From Macrostomum lignano (taxonomy: Eukaryota), in NCBI GenBank assembly GCA_002269645.1, contig NIVC01000146.1, positions 310,001 through 374,000 on the forward strand: a DNA stretch of 64,000 bases, read 5' to 3'. Under the pieces are notes generated by a model, which was given only the letters and a program-made list of their open reading frames with translations, made no database searches and was not told where the DNA came from. The translations under genes and the position numbers were made by a program. Below are positions 44,901 through 56,900 of this stretch, piece after piece (position 1 is the first letter of the stretch; each line of letters opens with the position of its first letter).

Positions 44901-47900
44901 AGCAATCCATTCTATTCCTTCATTCTTTTTGGATAGATTAGCAATCCATTCTATTCCTTCATCTGTGTTGGATAGATTAGCAATCCATTCTATTCCTTCA
45001 TCTGTGTTGGATAGATTAGCAATCCATTCTATTCCTTCATCTGTGTTGGATAGATTAGCAATCCATTCTATTCCTTCATCTGTGTTGGCTAGATCAGCAA
45101 TCCATTCTATTCCTTTTTTCGTGTTGGGTGGATTAGCTGTTTAATACATGTACCTTGCCAAATAAGTTCATTTATTAATAAATGTAATATATGTAAAAAT
45201 AGCATAAATATAACATGCTATGATTACATTCATTTAATCAGTGCCTCACCTCATCTCACTGGACAGAGTGATTTTCTGCAGTTCACTCGGAGAGCAAAAG
45301 TACACGGCTTGCCCGTGATTGCTGCACTGGAAGGTTCGAATCTGTCTGAAGAAGCAATTTTGATTGGCTAAATAATGTTGAGATATAGTGGCAAGTGGTT
45401 TGCAAAAAAAAGTAACAAAACAAGCAAAGAAAATACGACAATATTTTTTAAAATCTAGCACGTTTTCTAAGAAATGGGATTTTCTAATATTAACAAAAAA
45501 CTTTCAACTTTAAAATTGGCCATTCAGCAAATATTCAAAGAAACAATAATTAACTCTTTGTTCTCATGCAAACTGACTGCTAAAAATGATATTCACAATG
45601 ATACATGCTTAATCGATTCTGATAACTTTCTATATTAGTTATATCGACCCAGCAGCTACCTGCACATGTAGGAGTCCCTTTCCAGGAAAGAGCTAAAAGT
45701 GAGGGACAGTGAGATGGCTGGGCTAAGGATGCAAACGTAAGTTTAAAATTATAGGAGTATGCGAGTAAGGCTCACCCTTAATTTTATAATCGCATAAAAA
45801 TAGTTATTGAAAACAATTAGAAATACCGTCAACTAGATTACACATCAATTTAAGAAAAAGAGAGCGTCTTCATTTTGAAAATGGCACTTTGATTTTGGAA
45901 ATGGCGCCTTGATTTCGGAAATGGCACCTTGATCTCGGAAATGACACCTTGATTTTTGAAATGGCACCTTGATCTCGGAAATGACACCTTGATTTTGGAA
46001 ATGGCGCCTCGATTTTGAAAATGGCGCTTGGATTTGAAAATGGCGCCTTGATTTTAAAAATGGCGCTTGGATTTGAAAATGGCGCCGCGATTTTGAAAAT
46101 GGCACCTCGATTTTGAAAATGGCACCTCGATTTTCAAAATGGCCCCTGGATTTTAAAATGGCGCTTTAATTTTAGAAATGGCGCCTTGATTTTGAAAATG
46201 GCAACTTGATTTTGGAAATCGCGCTTAGATTTGGGAAATGGCGCTCTACTTTTGGAAATGGCGCTTCTGTTGTGAAAATGGCAAGTTGATTTTGAAAATG
46301 GCGCCTTGATTTTGGAAATGGCGCTTAGATTTGGAAATGGCGCTTAGGTTTTTGAAATGGCGCTTCCATTTAGGAAATGGCACCTTGATTTCCGAAAATG
46401 GCGCTTAGATTTTGAAAATGGCGCTTAGATTTGGAAAAGGCGCTTAGATTTGGAAATGGCGCTTAGGTTTGGAAATAGCGCCTTGATTTTGGAAATGGCA
46501 CCTCAATTTTGAAAATAGCGCTTAGATTTGGAAATGGCGCTTAGGTTTGGAAATAGCGCTTAGATTTGGAAATGGCGCTTTAATTTTGGAAAATGGCGCT
46601 TTAATTTTGGAAAATGGCGCTTTAACTTTGGAAATGACTCTTTGATTTTGTAATGACGCTTTGATTCAAAATAGAAAAATTGGCCAGACAAAACCATAAA
46701 CCAGTTGGCACCTGAAGTCCACAAGCGGCATGTAGTCAACGTCCATCAGCGGCCGCAGGCTGGGCAGCGAGTTGGCGATGAGGTGGCCGTTGCCAAGAAG
46801 GCAGACGAGGCACGGGGCGCCGAGGATTGTCGGAACGCTGGCGCGGACGACGTTTGACGTCTCTGTCAGCTTCTTCTCCGAGTAGCAGGTCTGCGATGGC
46901 AGGCCGACCACGCGAACCTGGCGGCGTTTGGGTCGCGGAGATGTTTCACATGTCGGAGTGTTTGGTATTAGTTGTTGAAGTAGTCGGAAGTGTTGGATGT
47001 GTCGGAGGTGTCGGAGATGTCGGAGGTGTTGGATGTGTCGGAGGTGTCGGAGATGTTGGATGTGTCGGAGGTGTCGGAAGTGTTGGATGTGTCGGAGGTG
47101 TCGGAGGTGTCGGAGATGTCGGAGGTGTCGGAGGGGTCGGAGGTGTCGGAGGGGTCGGAGATGTCGGAGGTGTTGGATGTGTCGGAGGTGTCGGAGGTGT
47201 CGGAGGTGTTGGATGTGTCGGAGGTGTCGGAGGTGTTGGATGTGTCGGAGGTGTCGGAGGTGTCGGAGGGGTCGGAGGTGTCGGACGGATCGGAGGTGTT
47301 CGATGTGTCGGAGGTGTCGGAGGGGTCGGAGGTGTCGGAGGGGTCGGAGGTGTCGGAGGTGTCGGAAGTGTTAGATGTGTCGGAGGTGTCGGAGGTGTTG
47401 GATGTGTCGGAGGTGTCGGAAGTGTTGGATGTGTCGGAGATGTCGGAGGTGTTGGATGTGTCGGAGGTGTCGGATGTCCGACGCTTTGAGGTGATGGCGG
47501 TGAAGCTGGTGCTGTCCAAGCAGACCAAAGCAGAACTGAGTCCTCGATGATGGCTCACCTGCTTCTCAGAGCAGAGGCACACCAACTGACGATCTTCACC
47601 GCTGCCCCCGCCGCTGCCGCCACCGCCACCGCTGCCGCCACCGCCGCCGCTGCCGGAGATGCTGCTGGTTGTCGACTGCCGCGTCAGGGAGCTGGCGGAG
47701 CTGCCGCGCTGCTGGCTGGCCAGATTGGCAGCTCGCCGACCCGCCGGTGGCTGCTGAAGCGGCTGTCGGGCGGCGGCCCAGGAGCCCTGAGCGTCCGCGT
47801 CCGCTTCCGCGGCAGCCGCATCTCCGCCGGAGCCTCCAGCCGCCGACGATGGAGGAGTTGGCGGGATGATGGAGTTGAGGAAGGAGACGTCCTGCACGGA

Positions 47901-50900
47901 GCCGAGCAGGTGGAACACGGTGCCGCTGGGAGACACGATCACTGGCTGGGTGGTGCGGGCCTCCGGGACCTGCAGGTTCAGGATGAACACCGAGCCCACG
48001 GAGGTGCCGACCCACAGGCAGGGCGTTGCCTGAGCGTCTGCAATGTGCAGGGTTCTTGTTGTAGTGCATGTCCTGAACTGCCGCTCCCTCCAGTCCTGAA
48101 CTGCCGCTCCCTCCAGTCCTGAACTGCCGCTCCCTCCAGTCCTGAACTGCCGCTCCCTCCAGTCCTGAACTGCCGCTCCCTCCAGTCCTGAACTGCCGCT
48201 CCCTCCAGTCCTGAACTGCCGCTCCCTCCAGTCCTGAACTGCCGCTCCCTCCAGTCCTGAACTGCCGCTCCCTCCAGTCCTGAACTGCCGCTCCCTCCAG
48301 TCCTGAACTGCCGCTCCCTCCAGTCCTGATCCTGAACTGCCGCTCCCTCCAGTCCTGATCCTGAACTGCCGCTCCCTCCAGTCCTGATCCTGAACTGCCG
48401 CTCCCTCCAGTCCTGAACTGCCGCTCCCTCCAGTCCTGAACTGCCGCTCCCTCCAGTCCTGAACTGCCGCTCCCTCCAGTCCTAAACTGCCGCTCCCTCC
48501 AGTCCCTCACCTGACTTCCTGGCGAAGGTGTCGGCAAAGGCCAAAAACAGCACGGACTCCTTGCTGGGGTCGAGGCTGCTGGTGCTGGAGCTGCAGGATC
48601 TTGAGAAGTTCTCTGGCTTCTCTGCAGTAAAAAAGTGGCCAGTTGAGTTGAACTTGGGTTTGTACTTCGAATTTCTGTCAAATGTTGCAACTTCAATCTC
48701 CTAAATAATAGCGAAATGCTTCGCACAACATTTACTTTGGGCAAAGTAGCCAGTCAACACTTAAAAGCTCGGGTAACATACGGAAACAAGAAATGGAATT
48801 TAATTAGGTGAGAACTCGTCCTCAATTTGATTTCAACCTCACTGCCCTGGCTGACGAAGAGAATAATTGCACCAAGATTCGTGAGGTTCTTCTTTTACAT
48901 AACTTAAAATTTGAAACTTCGTTTTTTTCATTAAAAAAGGATTTTGGAAAAAATCCACTGCATTTTATATATCCTGATAAATCCCCCATATCTAATCCCC
49001 AACCCTATCCCTAATCCCCAACTATATCCCTAATCCCCAACCCTAACCCAATCCCCAACCCTATTCCTAATCCCCAACCCTATCCCTAATCCCCAACTAT
49101 ATCCCTAATCCCCAACCCTAACTCAATCCCCAACCCTATCCCTAATCCCCAACCCTATCCCTAATCCCCAACCCTATCCCTAATCCCCAACCCTATCCCT
49201 AATCCCCAACTATATCCCTAATCCCCTACTATATCCCTAATCCCCAACCCTAACTCAATCCCCAACCCTATCCCTAATCCCCAACCCTATCCCTAATCCC
49301 CAACCCTATCCCTAATCCCCAACTATATCCCTAATCCCCAACCCTAACCCAATCCCCAACCCTATCCCTAATCCCCAACCCTATCCCTAATCCCCAACCC
49401 TATCCCTAATCCCCAACTATATCCCTAATCCCCAACCCTAACCCAATCCCCAACCCTATTCCTAATCCCCAACCCTATCCCTAATCCCCAATCCTATCCC
49501 TAATCCCCAACCACCCCAATCCTATTCATAATCACCAACCTACCCCTAATCCCCAACTCTATCCCTAATCCCCAACCCTACCCCTAATTCCCAACCCTAC
49601 CCCTAATCCCCAACCTGCTCCCTAATCCCCAACCCTACCCCTAATTCCCAACCCTACCCCTAATCCCCAACCTGCTCCCTAATCCCCAACCCTACCCCTA
49701 ATCCCCAACCCTATCTCTGCTGAGCACAAGACATTTCATTTTTCAGCCCAAGTGCAAATAGCCCGTCTACTAAATAAGTAGCGAGAAACGAAAACGAAAG
49801 CAATAAAATAAGCGCAAACAGCCCAGGAGCCACCCCGGGGGTCCAACTAAAAAAACAAGGCGCGGCGGGCGGGTTGGCCGAGCCAGAAGGCGATCGTGCG
49901 CGGAGGCGGACAAAACGAGCGGAACGCCAAAAGTGACGACAGAACGCTGACACGGACGGTGACCGACGGACCGGACGTGACGACAAACGCGGCGCGAAAA
50001 CAAGCGAAAGCTGAAGGAAACGAGAGGCACAGAAGTAAATGAGGAATTCTGGGACGGGGCCTCCGTCGTCCGTTCACAACCTAGCGAGGCGTGGCTGCTC
50101 AGCCTGCCGGCGAAGGGGGACGGCGCGGCCAAGGAATTCGAGGTGCCGGCCGGCCCGCCCTGCATCGACGAGGGCGGCTCCTCTAAACTACGGGCGGTGG
50201 AGATGCAGCTGCCGCCAGCACCGCCGCCGGGACTCAGCTGCGAGGACCCCCTAGCGGCCCTGCCAACGGCCTGACCTTGGCTGCGGGCCCGCATCAGGTC
50301 CGCGCTGCGGGTGCCGGCCGGGCCGGGCGACGCTGCCGCTGCTGCCGCCGCCGCTGCCGCCGCCGCAGAGGAAGACGCCGACGATGAGCTGACGGTGTCC
50401 GTGCGCCGGGTGAACCGGCCGCCTCCGCCGCCGCCGCCGCTGCCGGCTGACATGCCGTTCATCTGGAGGGGATAAATGGGGCTGGATTAGGGAACTGAAG
50501 TATAGAGCGGCAGTTCTAAGAATTCACTGTTGTGTCCGACTGACAGCCCTGATTAATGATCAAGTGAAACGCACTGGAACAGCAAAAATGAATCATTGCT
50601 GATTCTTCAACTTGAACATTGCAGCCCTAACATTTGATATTCTCTAGAGATTGTCATGCACAGTGTTTATGCTGACTGATCCATTGCAATGCAATTGCTT
50701 TGAGTGGGGAGGGAGTAGACAACACAAAAAGCTCGTCATTATAGAGGGGCTGATCAGCTGTCTATGGCAAAAGCCACTCTACAGTCCCTGCAGAAAAAGC
50801 GTGCGGACTGTTGCGGAGGCTTAGGGAGTCAGACAGCAGGGCTCTGACCGGAGGGTTAGAGAGTTTATTAGCCTAGCAGCCTGGGCTAAGGTAGTGGGCG

Positions 50901-53900
50901 ATTTAATTGGCACAACGCATAGCGGAGATCATGAGTTGAATATCAACAGTTTAGCTAGATAAGACTTTACCGATGCATTCGGCATCCAATGTGCAACCGA
51001 AAGTTATAGTGTCGTTGTAAATCTAGTATAACTTGTAGAATTTACTAATATAGGATCTGGTTAATTTATAATCTGATCAGTATAATCTAGTTAATCTAGA
51101 ACCTGGTTAATATATAACCTAATTAGTCTAGAACCTGGTTAATCTAGAACCAGGTTGATCTAGAACCTGGTTAATTTGAAACCTGGCTAACCTAGAACCC
51201 GGTTGATCTAAAACCTGTTTGATCTAGAACCTGATTAATCTAGAACCTGGTTGATCTAGAACCTGGTTGATCTAGAACCTGGTTAATCTAGAACCTGGTT
51301 GATATGGAACCTGGTTAATCTAGAACCCGGCTAATCTAGAACCCGGTTGATCTAAAACCTGGTTGATCTAGAACCTGGTTAATCTAGAACCAGATTAATC
51401 TAGAACCCGGTTGATCTAAAACCTGTTTGATCTAGAACCCGGTTGATCTAAAACCTGGTTGATCTAGAACCTGGTTAATCTAGAACCTGGTTTATCTAGA
51501 ACCTGGTTGATCTATTTATTTCCTAAGCTAGAACTTTGTAAATCTACAACTTGTGTAAATTTCAACCTTACGAATCTGCACTCATGTTAATCTGGAGTGT
51601 ATACAGCATGGTTGGAAATTAGCTAATTAGGCAGTAAATTAGTTACGAGGACTGAGGGAGTCACGCGGTGAGCGACAATGGCGGTGCCAAAACGGGGAAG
51701 AAAACGCACGCAAATTTCTGGCTGGTGTTCAAAGCTCTGCTTGTTATCCTATTGGGGGGTGACTGTCAGACTCAATATACAAACTCGGTCGCGATGCGAT
51801 ATCATCCCGCATTTATGCGAGATGTTTACGTCAGACTTTATGTAGAAAATTTAAAAATCTTGAAAATCATAGGAAAGACTTGAGAAAAGCTGCGAATTTG
51901 AGACGGAAAGAGAGAGAGAGAAAGGAGAGAGCGAGAGTGAGAGGCGCCGGCCCACCTGGGCTGCCTTGTCGACAATGCAGTGCCATTTGGCCTGCGTCCG
52001 TTGCTTCTTCGTCTGCTTCGACTGCAACAAATTTGAGTAGAAGGCGATGGCACTGGTGAGGAGGACGGTTGATTGATTGCTGTGCGATTGGGGAATTCTT
52101 GTGCACCAAGCGAGGGGTTTTCCAAATACATGTAGGGGAATCCTCATAGATACGAGCTACTTGGGGAATTCATATGGTTACCGGGGAATTCCCTATGTTT
52201 ACGGGAATCCTCGTAGCTATGGCGGCAATCTCCATGGCTACGAGAATGAGGGATTTCCCAGGTTGCGCAGAATCACCATGGCTACGGGGAATCCCATGGT
52301 TACTGGGGAATCCCTATGGTTCCGGGAATTCCGATAGCTCCATGGTTACAAGAATGAGGGATTCCCTATTGCTGCACACAATCGCCATGGCTATGAGGAA
52401 TCCCATGGTTACTGGGGAATCCCTATGGTTCCGGGAATTCCGATAGCTCCATGGTTACAAGAATGAGGGATTCCCCAGAGTTGCGCAGAATCACCATGGC
52501 TACGGGGAATCCCATGGTTACTGGAAAATCCCTATGGTTTCGGGAATTCCGATAGCTCCTTGGTTACAAGAATGAGGGATTCCCTATTGCTGCACAGAAT
52601 CACCATGGCTACGGGGAATCCCTCTAGGGGGGAATCCCAATGATTACGGGAATTTTTTTGGGTTCGGAAAAATACAACATAGTGGCAGGGAATTGACCAA
52701 AAAACAGGACTTGCTGGCTGCCAATAGCAAAGACCGAACACAGGGGGTGATTCCCTGGCTATACAATCTTGGATTTGGGACTTGGGGAAAAATGGGATTT
52801 CAATATGAAGCGGAATGAATTTGGAGCTCTGTGGTTTTGGAGTGTCGAATGGTAAGCAAAAAAATTAAAATGTTTTGCATGTTTAATGGACTGACGATAC
52901 TGCCTGGCCATGCAGGTCTCTAACACATTTTGACTTTGGTTCAAATTGACGCACACGGCATGAGTGACAAGTTGCACAATGCACTGAACAGCTGGTAGAG
53001 GACAGTTCGGGGTTTCAACAATTATTTTTAAAAAAACTTGGCAGTTAAAAAATCCGAGTTCAAAGTGATAGTGTGCTCATAAGTCACATGGGTAGGAAAT
53101 GACAATTACTATTTAATATACACTGCTCATAATTCAATTTGCAAAGTACGGAGCTGCCAGCATCCGATCAGAGTTGGCACCCGAAACCCCCATTATTCAC
53201 ACGCGGGAACCGAATCAATGGAGCAAACAAAGCACAAAAAAGGCAATTTTCTGGGGGGATAAGGAAGGCTCTCTTAGCCAAGCAGCGATGCAGCATGGGG
53301 CCTGACCTTGGACGCCTTGGTGACGAGCGACAGCCATCTGGACTTCGCCCGGCCGCTCTCCTCGTGCTGCTCCCATGGTTGGTTATTGGTTAAAGAAGAA
53401 GAAGAGAGAAAATGTAGGGTTTTGAGCAGGCGGACAATGCGCCGTTATTTTTCCGGAGAAATTCAGTGCGCACAAAACTCGTTTTAGTTTCAATTAAAAC
53501 AAAACAAGTTTAATAAAACAGTATTGCTCGAGGCGTCAATCTACGGTTAGGAAAATTGTTAACTGTATTGGTAATTTAAATTGATTTGAAAAAATTAACA
53601 AAATGATTGTAGCTCGCATTGTAATTAAATTATTATGCGACAAAACCGTAGCGAGTACAGAGAGAAGCACTATTAATATTAAGATAGGAAATATTGCATT
53701 CGGCTTGGCTGTACTGCCTCGGGTGATGTTAGAGCGATGGTGAGCTTCGATGTCGAAAGAAAAAAAGATGCTATTGGATAAGACATCTGCGTTTTTGAGT
53801 AAAGCTTTATAGCAATCAGTAAACAATTCAATTGTAGAGAATCGATTTATCTAAACAATTTTGACAATTTTAAGTCCCTAGAAACGGGATTTCCCTTGGA

Positions 53901-56900
53901 AACGGGATTTTCTTCGGAAACGGGATTTCCCTTGAAATCGGGATTTCCTTTAGAAACGGGATTTCCTTAGTAAATGGGATTCGCCTTGCAAATTGGATTT
54001 CATAGGATTTCCCTTGGAAATGGGATTTCCCTTGGAAATGGGATTTCCCTTGGAAATGGGATTTCCCTTGGAAATGGGATTTCCCTTGGAAATGGGATTT
54101 CCCTTGGAAATGGGATTTCCCTTGGAAATGGGATTTCCCTTGGAAATGGGATTTCCCTTGGAAATGGGATTTCCCTTGGAAATGGGATTTCCCTTGGAAA
54201 TGGGATTTCCCTTGGAAATGGGATTTCCCTTGGAAATGGGATTTCCCTTGGAAATGGGATTTCCCTTGGAAACAGGATTTCCCTCGGAAATTGGATTTCC
54301 CTTGGAAACGTGATTCCTTCGGCAACGGGATTTCCTTTGGAAACGGGGTAAATATTTAGACCGACTGTAGGACTGACTCGATTCCTGTGTCTCATCAAGC
54401 ACGCGTGTGTAATGTAGGATTCCAAAATCTCCGTTCTCAAGTTTTCAAAGCGAATCAGCAGCTCCGTAAAGAGATTAAAATCTGAGAGTTAATATCGGTT
54501 CAAAAGACCGACATCTGTGCCCAGGTTTACAGGGCTAGCTAAGCAAGTCTTTAATCAGCTTTTTTTAAATGGAGTTTAGTTCCGGATTAGTAAACTAAGA
54601 AGATTGCTTGAGGCGGATGTGCCAGTGGATATTTATAAAATTCAGCGATTAAAATCTGCTGTATGTTTTCATTTGCTACTTACTGAGTAGTAGATCTCAT
54701 AAAGAGGTTAAACTGGCCTTAAATTGACAACTTCCTCACATTGTAGACTACCGGATAGCAAATGAAGCCACACCAAGCTGGCTCGTCAGTTTTGTTAATA
54801 TTATGTGTTTAATCATTCATAAAACATTTTGATAATTTTTTCCAGCTTTACTCGAATCGTCAAAGTCTAGAAGGTGAGAAATTGTCAATTTTGTCAGTTT
54901 AGTGATGGAATGCTGACCGATCCCTGTCTCTGCTCTGTCAATCCTGGGTTACGGTAAATCTCTATTTCTGCGCCCAATGCTCTCTCGATCCATTTCGCTC
55001 TGTACCTCAGTCGGTCTCAAGTCGATGTTCAGGCATGATTTTGCCTTCATATCGCAGCGCAGATTCCGCAGCGGACGCCGCTTCATCGTTGGCGTCCCCC
55101 AGGCTCCGATGGAGAGCGAGTGGTGCAAGCACTGGCGGTGTGTGCGCGACCAAAGTAAAGTTCTTCCTGTGCTTTAATTTGAACTTAAAACAGCTAATAT
55201 GGATAAGTTCAAGCTTAAACTAAAACTTTATTCTGATCATTTATTGCATCGCTCTAAAAGAAGAGCAACTTTTGAGGTTCGTGCAAGCGATGAACTGGGG
55301 TCCAGTTCATCCGGGAATGTGGAGATTGTGGGGTTGTAGTTGTAGGGGGGTTGTGTGGGCGGTTGGACTGGGGTGGGGTTGTAGGGGGGTTGTGCGGGCG
55401 GTTGGACTGGGGTGGGGTTGTAGGGGGGTTGTGCGGGCGGTTGGACTGGGGTGGGGGTTGTAGGGGGGTTGTGCGGGCGGTTGGACTGGGGTGGGGGTTG
55501 TAGGGGGGTTGTGCGGGCGGTAGGACTGGGGTGGGGGTTTTAGGGGTGTGCGGCCGGTTGGACTGGGGTGGGGTTGTAGGGGGGTTGTGCGGGCGGTTGG
55601 ACTGGGTTGGGGGTAGTAGGGGGTTGTAGGGGTTGTAGGGGCTTGCAAAGACGGTGGACAAGCAACTCCAAACAGCTAGGAATTCAGTGAAGTTAGTGGT
55701 TGGCTTCTAGTTTAGCTTGAAGTATCAATATGAGACCTGTTAGCTTGGGGGATGTGGATTCGAACACTAGTGGAGGCTGTGTGGGGCGAATTCTATAACT
55801 TCGTATGTTGTTTTTAGGAAAACCCAAACCAACAATCGCATGCACTCGCGCCTTACCGAATAACTTTGTCTTGCTTCCCTAATACATAATGCAAGTATTA
55901 AAAGTTAGCATGCAAAACTGAGTTAGGAGCAAGTAGGTGACATGCAATTCTTTCTGCTGCAAAGATGAAGTTATAATATAGAGGAGTTACACTGGATTCT
56001 CTTAAAAATTCAAGGAAAATAATTTAAAAATGAGTTAAAGCACGAGGCTAACAATTCTATGCAGTTTTTGTGTTTAGCAGACCTAGACAGCGCGACTCAC
56101 CTGCTCAGTGCTCTGCTGCCGGTCTTCCTTGCGGGACATCGGCGAACGGGGATTCCTTGAATGCGGATCAACGGACCCTGCAAGCATGAGGAGATGCGTT
56201 GAGGACATCTTTGGGAATCGAAATTTCACAAGCCCGGACGATCTTTGTGCCGATCTTTGTGAGGCTTCTGATTTGCATAATCAGAAGCCTCACTTTCTGA
56301 TTATGCAAATTATGAAAGGATTAAAGTAACCAGCCCTGGGTCCTGAACGAAATGCAGTTCCGAGCTGGTGAAACTTTCAAAAGACGCAGAATTCATGTGC
56401 GCGTAAGATTTGCAAGCAATGGCACACGTACCGTACAGGTCAGGGGTGCATAGAGTCAGTAGGACGCAGGCTTGGACCAAGTCTACCAGACCCACTCCGT
56501 TCTCGTTTCCAATGGCTAGACTGGAATAGTAGAATGGGATGTAGTGATTATGGAATACTATACATGCTTTAATTAGTGCTGACACTGTCAGTGTGTGAAC
56601 TGACGCTAGTGCTGACACTTCAGTGTTTTAACCAACGGAAGTGCTGACACTTTAGTGTGTTAACTAACGTTAGTGCTGACACTTCAGTGTGTTAAGTAAC
56701 GCTAGTGCTGACACTTCAGTGTGTTAGTTAACGCTAGTGCTGACACCAGTGTGTTAAGTAACGCTAGTGCTGACACTTCAGTGTGTTAAGTAACGCTAGT
56801 GCTGACACTCCAGTGTGTTAGTTAACGCTAGTGCTGACACCAGTGTGTTAACTAACGTTAGTGCTGACACTTCAATGTGTTAACTATAACGCTAGTGCTG

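Noticed and set aside
45333-45342. GGTTCGAATC tRNA T-loop motif
   Set aside because: It lies antisense within a tomosyn coding exon, with no cloverleaf.
46968-47558. (TSD/TSN)n tail continuing the tomosyn frame
   Set aside because: 9-bp intronic array. The conserved protein resumes at the acceptor 46917.
49770-50080. About 100 open codons past the weak donor at 50081 (SNARE-less isoform?)
   Set aside because: GC-rich sequence stays open easily, and there is no polyA signal or homology. It would need RNA evidence.
52022-52079. Longer acceptor for exon B at 52079
   Set aside because: Phase 2, incompatible with upstream phase-0 exons. The acceptor at 52021 fits.
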